Assembly: GCA_013335935.1 (NCBI GenBank)
Contig: JAAXUP010000009.1
Location: 1 to 44,287, forward strand
Direction of reading: 5' to 3'
Source: Eubacteriaceae bacterium
GTDB taxonomy: Bacteria; Bacillota; Clostridia; Eubacteriales; Alkalibacteraceae
Length of the DNA: 44,287 nt
Position numbers and translations under genes: made by a program. Each line of letters starts with the position of its first letter. Within the stretch, counting starts at the first letter, position 1. The notes beneath the pieces are model-generated. The model was not told where the DNA came from, searched no databases, and was given only the letters and a program-made list of their open reading frames with translations. This document shows, piece by piece, positions 38,230 to 44,287 of the stretch.

Positions 38230-38304
38230 CAGCGTCTTTGACGCGTTATTCTCGTGTGATAGTAAAGTTTGGACCCCAGCGAGCTAGTCGAACTTTCCTA
38301 TCAC
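38230..38304. repeat. 5'-UTR repeat, copy A (core AAAGTTTGGACCCCAGCGAGCTAGTCGAACTTTCCT at 38264-38299)
   Basis: Near-identical to 42143-42177. The flanking 30 nt are also related (AGCGTC, ACGCGTTATTC). Confidence 0.8.
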
Positions 38305-38650
38305 AAAAAAAAGTCCCTATCATATTTCTATGATAAGGACGAATAGGTTATCCGTGGTGCCACCTCTGTTAGATCCTACATACAAAAAAACATCCCGTCC
38401 CTATAGGACGAAATGCTGTGCATTCGCTCTGCCACCTAATTTGTATATATTCTCTCACTTTATCAGGTACGGAATCAGCTGGACTGTTCGATACCCTGTC
38501 TCTATAACGTGAAACCCACGGCGTCAGCTACTCTTTACATTTCACCTTGCTTCTCGGGGAACCATTCAGACATTGCTCTCGTTCCGGGCTCACACCATCC
38601 CCGGTTCGCTGCACTCAAACGAATTGTCTTACTTTTTCCCGTCGTCGAAT
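38305..38650 (-). promoter_or_regulatory. T-box leader of the trp operon, candidate tRNA-Trp responsive
   Basis: Minus-strand RNA carries the T-box-like sequence AACAGAGGUGGCACCACGG and a strong terminator (GUCCUUAUCAUAgaaaUAUGAUAGGGAC-U9). Upstream is a second T-box-like AAUUAGGUGGCA, an AGAGA motif, and a loop GAAUGGU containing UGG. Confidence 0.6.
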
Positions 38651-38663
38651 TTTGCTTTAAATC

Positions 38664-38693
38664 AATATACTACAGATACGCTCATTATGTCAA
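38664..38693 (-). promoter_or_regulatory. trp operon sigmaA promoter (minus strand): TTGACA, 18-nt spacer, TATATT
   Basis: Seen directly. Confidence 0.55.
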
Positions 38694-38756
38694 CGTTTTT
38701 TTATATCGTGAAACCAATTAGGATCAGTTTAAAGCACGATGAAGAAACGAGCAGGA

Positions 38757-38795
38757 TTAAAAAAAATCTGACCCGCGCATTCGTGGGTCAGATCC
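38757..38795 (-). terminator. hcp terminator (minus strand)
   Basis: ctgacccacgaatgcgcgggtcag followed by U8 on the minus strand. Confidence 0.8.
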
Positions 38796-38846
38796 TTCCA
38801 TATCTATTCTCTATTCTCTTTTATCTGTTCTCTTTTGTCTAGGATA

Positions 38847-40412
38847 TTAACCCAGGATCGCTTTCAGGTCCGCTTCCGGAGTAGTGATTGGCTTTAATGC
38901 AAATTTGTCTACCAGAACACTTAGCACGGTAGGTGAGAAGAACGCCGGCAGTGATGGTCCGATGTAGATATTCTTGATGCCTAAAGCTAAAAGTGTAAGA
39001 AGTATACAAACCGCTTTCTGCTCATACCATGAAAGTACCAATGTCAGCGGAAGTTCATTGACTCCAACACCAAAGGCTTCGGCAAGGGCTACGGCTACCT
39101 GGATAGCTGAGTAGGCATCGTTGCATTGTCCCATGTCCATGATTCTTGGAAGTCCGCCGATTTCTCCGATATTAAGATCATTGAATCTGAACTTGCCGCA
39201 TGCAAGAGTCAGTATTATTGTATCTTTCGGAGTCTGCTCAACAAATTCTGTGTAGTAGTTTCTGCCAGGCTTAGCACCATCGCAGCCGCCTACCAGGAAG
39301 AAATGCTTGATGGCTCCGCCTTTTACCGCGTCGATCACAGTATCTGCAACGCCAAGAACGGTATTTCTTGCAAAACCAGTCATCATGGTGTCTCCACCAT
39401 TTAAGCCTGTGAAGTTCTGATCTTCCTTGAATCCACCAAGAGCAAGGGCTTTTTCGATAACCGGTGAAAAATCCTTCACTCCGTCTTTTCCGTCAGGAAT
39501 ATGCTTAAGTCCCGGGTATTCAACAACTGCAGTGGTATAGATATTATCCTTATAAGAATCTTTTGGTGGCATTAAGCAGTTTGTCGTAAACAGGATCGCT
39601 CCAGGCAGCTTTTCAAATTCTTTGTGCTGATTCTGCCATGCTGTTCCAAAGTTTCCTTTGAGGTGTGCATATTTTTTAAGTTCCGGATAACCATGTGCCG
39701 GAAGCATTTCGCCGTGAGTGTAGATGTTGATTCCTTTTCCTTCTGTTTGCTCAAGAAGCTGCTTAAGATCCAGCAGATCGTGTCCTGTGACAACAATAAA
39801 AGGTCCTTTCTCAACTTTTGTAGTTACTGCGGTTGGAACAGGATGTCCGTAAGCTGATGTGTTTGCTTCATCCAAAAGACCCATACATTTCAGGTTCATC
39901 ATACCAAATTCCATAAGCAAACCAAGCCATTCGTCAACAGAATGATCGTCCCCTAAAGCTTTCATACCTTTATAGAACCATGCTGTTACTTCAGGATCAT
40001 CTTTGCCCAATGCATGGGCATGATAGGCGTAAGCTGCCATCCCTCTGAGTCCCAATAACAGTGTAGATCTCAAGGATCTTATATCTTCATTGCCAGTCCA
40101 AAGCTCCGTCCATGGGAAATTTTCTGCCCCGCCATACAGTGCTTTTTCTGCTTCCACCTGAACAACTAATTCTTCGACTTTCGTTTCATCGAAGTTTACA
40201 TTTGTGACTTCCGTAAAGAGACTTTCCAGCATCAGCTTATTTGCATTCTCACTGGGAGTCTTTCCTTCTACTGCTCTTGCTAATCCGATCAGGGCACCTG
40301 TTAATTCATCCTGCTTGTTTGAAACTGCAGGTGATTTTCCACAAGCACCATATTTCGTACAAGCTACCCCTCCTACTGTCTGTTCGCACTGAAAACAAAA
40401 CATGTCTGACAT
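38847..40412 (-). CDS. hcp: Hydroxylamine reductase / hybrid-cluster protein
   Basis: N-terminal CFQCEQT...C..C...C cluster motif and Hcp family length. Confidence 0.9.
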   Translation of the reverse strand: MSDMFCFQCEQTVGGVACTKYGACGKSPAVSNKQDELTGALIGLARAVEGKTPSENANKLMLESLFTEVTNVNFDETKVEELVVQVEAEKALYGGAENFPWTELWTGNEDIRSLRSTLLLGLRGMAAYAYHAHALGKDDPEVTAWFYKGMKALGDDHSVDEWLGLLMEFGMMNLKCMGLLDEANTSAYGHPVPTAVTTKVEKGPFIVVTGHDLLDLKQLLEQTEGKGINIYTHGEMLPAHGYPELKKYAHLKGNFGTAWQNQHKEFEKLPGAILFTTNCLMPPKDSYKDNIYTTAVVEYPGLKHIPDGKDGVKDFSPVIEKALALGGFKEDQNFTGLNGGDTMMTGFARNTVLGVADTVIDAVKGGAIKHFFLVGGCDGAKPGRNYYTEFVEQTPKDTIILTLACGKFRFNDLNIGEIGGLPRIMDMGQCNDAYSAIQVAVALAEAFGVGVNELPLTLVLSWYEQKAVCILLTLLALGIKNIYIGPSLPAFFSPTVLSVLVDKFALKPITTPEADLKAILG

Positions 40413-40656
40413 TCAAATTCCTCCTTAGTTTTTATTATTAAATAATAATCTTGCAGGAAACATTTTCGCATATGATATTTACCCGTTTCCCTGTCTTTCT
40501 AAACTATTACTTAACATCCTACCCTTTCAGGTATTTTTCTTTTGTTTATAGGTTGATTATAATATAATAGTTTTAATAAATCGGTAACTGAGGCTACCAA
40601 ATGTCAAGTTTAACAAATAAATATCAAATAATTATATGCAAAAAGGAGGAATTGCG

Positions 40657-41163
40657 ATGATTTCAGCAATTTTTATGGACATGATCGATTATTTTCAGGA
40701 GGATATTAAAAGAATCAACCATGCGCTAAAAGTGCATTCCTTTGCCCGGCTGATTGGCGAAAAAGAGCTCATCAGCAGTCCGGATAAGCACCATATGATG
40801 AGCATCATTGAACTTACGGCAATTCTCCATGATATTGGCATTAAAATCAGCGAAGAGAAATACGGCTCCCCTTCCGGCAAATATCAGGAAATCGAAGGAC
40901 CGGATATTGCCCGGGGAATAATGAAGAAAAATCAGACAGAGGAAAATGTCATGGACAGGGTATGTTTTATCATCGGAAACCACCATACCTACGGAAAAAT
41001 CGACCGATTGGATTTTCAGATCATCGTGGAAGCGGATTTTCTTGTAAATATCCATGAGGACGAACTGCCTGAAATTTCAATCTCCAGGTTAAAAGAAAAA
41101 CATTTCAGGACTGAAACGGGAAACAAACTCGTGGACAGTCTATATCTGAGACCCTGGCAATAA
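40657..41163 (+). CDS. HD-domain phosphohydrolase
   Basis: H..LHDIG and an NHH motif. AAGGAGG RBS. Confidence 0.6.
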   Translation: MISAIFMDMIDYFQEDIKRINHALKVHSFARLIGEKELISSPDKHHMMSIIELTAILHDIGIKISEEKYGSPSGKYQEIEGPDIARGIMKKNQTEENVMDRVCFIIGNHHTYGKIDRLDFQIIVEADFLVNIHEDELPEISISRLKEKHFRTETGNKLVDSLYLRPWQ

Positions 41164-41168
41164 GACCC

Positions 41169-42083
41169 TTAGCGCTTCTTACCAGAACCGGCGATTCTCT
41201 CCACAAAAACCCCTATCTGACCCACTGCCCTTCGAGCTTCAGGAATGAGATAGTAGAAAAACTGCCACACATGAAACATTCCTTTGTAGATCTCCAGACT
41301 GACATCCACATGACAGTTTTTCAGAGCCTTTGCCATTTGGATGGAATCATCGTAAAGAATCTCTTCGGTGCCGATTTGAATCATCGTTTTTGGAAGCCCT
41401 GTCAGATCGGCATAAACTGGTGAAATCAGCGGATTTTCAGGATCTTCATTTTTGCAGTAGTACCCTGAGCATCTTTTGATAATATCCGGATTTAAAAGCG
41501 GGTCTCGTTTCGCTCTGGTCTTGATGCTTTTTCCGGATAACGTCAAATCTGTCCAGGGGGACATGCAGACAATTCCTGCTGGAAGACTTATCCCCTCAGC
41601 CTTAAGTTTTACACAAGTTGACAAGGCAAGACCTCCTCCTGCGGAGTCTCCAACGAGGAAAATCGCTTCACTTTTATACCCTTTTTCAATAAGCCATTTG
41701 AATGCCTTTACGCTGTCCTGGATGGCGCCGGGAAAAGGATGCTCCGGAGCCAGTCTGTAATTTATGATCAAAAGCTCTGCTCTGCATGTATCGGCAATCT
41801 TTCGGGCAAGGATCCGGTAGGATTTTACGGTACCTGTACAGTAAGCTCCTCCATGAAGATACAGAATGATACGTCCTGGCACGAATTCTTCTCCCTCTAT
41901 GATCTGCCCTTTTATATCCCCAATCCTGACATCGATGAATTCACCACCAGGAATCAGATTGAGGATCCTGGCATTTCTCTCCTGGATTTTTCTTTTTTTC
42001 TTTATCCCCACCACTTGATTATCAGCGTTCAGGTTATACTTTCTTAGCAATTTTTCAATTAATTTGCTTTGCCAACTGGACAT
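41169..42083 (-). CDS. Alpha/beta-hydrolase esterase/lipase (HSL/Aes family)
   Basis: Oxyanion hole HGGAY, nucleophile elbow GDSAGG. AGGAGGG RBS before MSSWQ. Confidence 0.8.
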   Translation of the reverse strand: MSSWQSKLIEKLLRKYNLNADNQVVGIKKKRKIQERNARILNLIPGGEFIDVRIGDIKGQIIEGEEFVPGRIILYLHGGAYCTGTVKSYRILARKIADTCRAELLIINYRLAPEHPFPGAIQDSVKAFKWLIEKGYKSEAIFLVGDSAGGGLALSTCVKLKAEGISLPAGIVCMSPWTDLTLSGKSIKTRAKRDPLLNPDIIKRCSGYYCKNEDPENPLISPVYADLTGLPKTMIQIGTEEILYDDSIQMAKALKNCHVDVSLEIYKGMFHVWQFFYYLIPEARRAVGQIGVFVERIAGSGKKR

Positions 42084-42106
42084 TTGTATCCCTCCTGTTC
42101 GCTGTA

Positions 42107-42180
42107 AACAAGCGTCGACCACACGTTATTCAAGTATACAAGGAAAGTTTGGACCACAGCGAGCTAGTCGAACTATCCTA
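42107..42180. repeat. 5'-UTR repeat, copy B (core 42143-42177)
   Basis: See copy A. Confidence 0.8.
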
Positions 42181-42185
42181 GTTTA

Positions 42186-42230
42186 ATAAGAAAAGCCCAC
42201 AGAAATTTCCGCAGGCTTGTTTTTGAGGTT
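42186..42230 (-). terminator. Terminator of the zinc-ribbon gene
   Basis: aagccugcgg...cugugggcuu hairpin (with G-U pairs) followed by a U-run on the minus strand. Confidence 0.5.
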
Positions 42231-42232
42231 TG

Positions 42233-42397
42233 TTAGAATCTTGATCCTCTGCTTTTTTGCTGTTTTCTTGCTTTTCTGCAGTCAGGACATCTTACCGGAT
42301 CGTTTTCGAATCCTTTTTCCTGATAGAAAGCCTGTTCACTTTCAGTGAAAACAAATTCGCTTCCGCAGTCCTTGCAATCTAATCTTTTGTCAGCCAT
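42233..42397 (-). CDS. CxxC-x17-CxxC zinc-ribbon small protein (54 aa). Not in the supplied ORF track because it is under 60 aa.
   Basis: Translation is MADKRLDCKDCGSEFVFTESEQAFYQEKGFENDPVRCPDCRKARKQQKSRGSRF. GGAAAGGAG RBS. Confidence 0.65.
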   Translation of the reverse strand: MADKRLDCKDCGSEFVFTESEQAFYQEKGFENDPVRCPDCRKARKQQKSRGSRF

Positions 42398-42527
42398 ATC
42401 AATATTCTCCTTTCCTCTAATGGTTATTTAAAACGTTCTGATTCGCCGGAAAGGAGATTCTGACTCGTTTAAATATTTATCATATATGTTAAATATATCA
42501 TATTAATAATCATGTTTCAATAGACTA

Positions 42528-43010
42528 TCAATAATCGAGGAAAGGAATTTCACCATTTCTAAATTTTTTACACTCCCCAATGGCGCTGCACATCTGGCAA
42601 TTCCTGGAGAGTTTGTCGCTTTTATAGAGAACCCTTGAAAGGTCTGAATTGGATTCCATATTCCTGTGACTGCCTATTGCGTCACTGATCATATTGATTT
42701 CGATCCTGTTAAAATCGTTTCTTACCAGAATCTCCTCTGATAGTCTGGCACTTGACACCGCATGGTCCTCTCCGTTTTCATATTCAAGCCACCTTCCGGT
42801 GTCGTGAAGCAGCGCTGCAGCATAAACGATTTCCTTTTCTATGTCCAGTCCTTCTTCCAAGACCAGAATCCAGGCAATTCTTGCAACATCTAAAAAGTGA
42901 GGCATGTCATGTCTGCAAAAAATCCTGTCTTTTTCAGCTTTCTGATTTTTCTCCACATATTCCAGATATTTTTGGTCTCTGATGATTTTATTCACCCTGA
43001 CCATGCTCAT
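42528..43010 (-). CDS. HD-domain phosphohydrolase, encoded next to the folate genes
   Basis: HD motif (RHDMPHFLDV...LLHDTG). Its 3' end overlaps the folK start. Confidence 0.6.
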   Translation of the reverse strand: MSMVRVNKIIRDQKYLEYVEKNQKAEKDRIFCRHDMPHFLDVARIAWILVLEEGLDIEKEIVYAAALLHDTGRWLEYENGEDHAVSSARLSEEILVRNDFNRIEINMISDAIGSHRNMESNSDLSRVLYKSDKLSRNCQMCSAIGECKKFRNGEIPFLDY

Positions 43011-43483
43011 AGATCCTTACGAAGCCTTACCTCTTCTCCTTTCAGGGAAGATAGTATGTCGCAGGCCCTCCTGCCTTTAATTTCAAGTTCGGGTGCAATC
43101 TCACAAAGTGGCACCATCACGAAAGCCCTTTCCAGCATTCTTGGATGGGGCACCGTAAGTATTTCACTTTCGGACTCATAGCCTTCATAAAGAAGAATGT
43201 CCACATCGATGGATCTTGGTCCAAATCGTATGGTCTTTACTCTTTTCAGCCCTCTTTCGATGCCCTGGCAAAAGGACAGCAGCTCCATAGGCTCAAGCTC
43301 CGTCTCTCCTTCCAGTACAATATTCAGGAACCATTCCTGATCCTTATAACCCACCGGTTCAGTCTCGTAGTACGAGGAAATCTGGCTTATATTTACATGC
43401 TGCCTTAACACCTCAACGGCTTTTTCAAGATTTTCCATGGTGTTGCCGACGTTGCTCCCTAGACTCAAGTAAATCTTTTTCAT
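43007..43483 (-). CDS. folK: 6-hydroxymethyl-7,8-dihydropterin pyrophosphokinase
   Basis: HPPK family (IYLSLGSN...RFGPR.IDVDIL). Confidence 0.9.
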   Translation of the reverse strand: MKKIYLSLGSNVGNTMENLEKAVEVLRQHVNISQISSYYETEPVGYKDQEWFLNIVLEGETELEPMELLSFCQGIERGLKRVKTIRFGPRSIDVDILLYEGYESESEILTVPHPRMLERAFVMVPLCEIAPELEIKGRRACDILSSLKGEEVRLRKDL

Positions 43484-43499
43484 GTTTTATCTCCGCCTG

Positions 43500-43862
43500 T
43501 TACATTCTTTTTCTTTCTATCTCAACGCCCATATAATCAAATATTCCTGGGACAGGAGCCTCCGGTTTTTTGACCCTGACCGTGATCCGGCTAACCAGTG
43601 GAAAATCATGCAGTACCCGGGAGCAGATCCTTTCTGCCAATGCCTCGATCAAACCATATCTCTCATTTTCAACAGTGTCTTTGATCAAACTGTACACCAT
43701 CCCATAATGAATGGTATCGGTCACATTGTCCGTCCGTCCTGCTTTTTCAAGATCAGCGAAAAGCTGTACATCGATAAAAAATTTCTGGCCGAGAACCTTT
43801 TCTTCATTCATAACTCCATGATATCCAAAAAACGCCATGTTTTTCATTATGATACTATCCAT
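43500..43862 (-). CDS. folB: Dihydroneopterin aldolase
   Basis: FolB family (FFGYHGV..EEK..GQ.F). Confidence 0.85.
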   Translation of the reverse strand: MDSIIMKNMAFFGYHGVMNEEKVLGQKFFIDVQLFADLEKAGRTDNVTDTIHYGMVYSLIKDTVENERYGLIEALAERICSRVLHDFPLVSRITVRVKKPEAPVPGIFDYMGVEIERKRM

Positions 43863-43865
43863 ATT

Positions 43866-44287
43866 TCACCCTCTGACGATGGCATCAGTAACTTTTGCCG
43901 CTCTTGAATTTTCTTTCACATCATGGACTCTGACAATATCCATTCCCTGCAGAATTCCCATAACCGTGGTGGCAACGGTTCCATCTGTTCTTTCTTTGGG
44001 TGGAAGGTCCAAAATCTTGCCGATCATGGACTTTCTTGAGGTTCCAAGAAGAACCGGATATCCAAGATCTCTGATTTCTTTCAGTCTTGTCATGACTTCC
44101 TTATTTTGCTCAAGCGTCTTGCCAAAACCCACTCCCGGATCAAGGATAATATTCTCTTTATTCAGGCCGCCTTTAACCGCCATATCGATAGAGGCCATCA
44201 AAAACTTATTAATGCTGTCAATCAAGTCTCCCTGATAAACGGTGCCTTCATGATTATGCATGATAATGACAGGTACATCATATTTTA
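43866..44287 (-). CDS. folP: Dihydropteroate synthase. C-terminal part only; the N-terminus lies beyond the window end.
   Basis: DPGVGFGKT and GTSRKS motifs. Confidence 0.85.
   Translation of the reverse strand, partial: KYDVPVIIMHNHEGTVYQGDLIDSINKFLMASIDMAVKGGLNKENIILDPGVGFGKTLEQNKEVMTRLKEIRDLGYPVLLGTSRKSMIGKILDLPPKERTDGTVATTVMGILQGMDIVRVHDVKENSRAAKVTDAIVRG

Noticed and set aside
38305-38650. Two full tandem T-box riboswitches in the trp leader
   Set aside because: Only ~45 nt separate the first hairpin/U-run from the second T-box sequence, which is too short for a second stem I. This is more likely one T-box with a duplicated or degenerate T-box motif, or a stem III.
40413-40635. Possible HcpR/NsrR-type operator upstream of hcp
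   Set aside because: No clear dyad was found (for example TTGAT-N4-ATCAA or an Rrf2-type palindrome), only AT-rich promoter-like sequence.
1-44287. CRISPR arrays, tRNA/rRNA genes, prophage or integrase signatures
   Set aside because: None were seen. The only direct repeats are the REP/H1 elements, the 5'-UTR element and the 8-bp microsatellites, and none has CRISPR-like regular spacers.

Overview
This 44.3-kb window looks like a chromosomal stretch from a low-GC Gram-positive anaerobe, probably Clostridia/Peptococcaceae-like. That guess rests on AGGAGG-type ribosome-binding sites, a T-box leader, sigma-54 regulation and the hybrid-cluster protein gene hcp. Most of it is ordinary metabolism and housekeeping: macro-domain, PH-domain, NUDIX, NifX-like, rhodanese, amidohydrolase, RsgA, flavodoxin, DUF2284, flotillin, MarR, aroD/aroE, nitroreductase, Zn-dependent alcohol dehydrogenases, DinB, DeoC-like, SDR, VTC+DUF4956, cupin, an ArsR/permease/thioredoxin trio, hcp, HD-domain proteins, an esterase and folK/folB/folP. 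Five things are out of the ordinary.

1. A REP-associated tyrosine transposase (RAYT) sits at 9087..9845 between inverted REP hairpins, forming a 'REPtron' (RAYT flanked by inverted REPs). Extra copies of a composite two-hairpin repeat lie immediately 3' of neighbouring genes.

2. A PAS/sigma-54 enhancer-binding regulator is followed by three GTGC-N6-GCAC dyads and a perfect -24/-12 sigma-54 promoter. Together they drive an orphan RuBisCO-like protein.

3. A clear cobalamin riboswitch, with its own sigmaA promoter and terminator, controls an unusual operon. The operon encodes an MDR dehydrogenase, a divergent TrpD paralog in which the GTGGD motif reads GTGMD, a small ORF and an M24 aminopeptidase.

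4. A complete trpEGDCFBA operon on the minus strand has a T-box leader with a candidate UGG specifier. A ~70-nt 5'-UTR element from that leader is repeated upstream of an unrelated esterase gene.

5. Several palindromic operator candidates are present at the marR, arsR and dinB loci. Between the aminopeptidase gene and trpA there are blocks of 8-bp microsatellite repeats.

No CRISPR array, tRNA or rRNA was seen.
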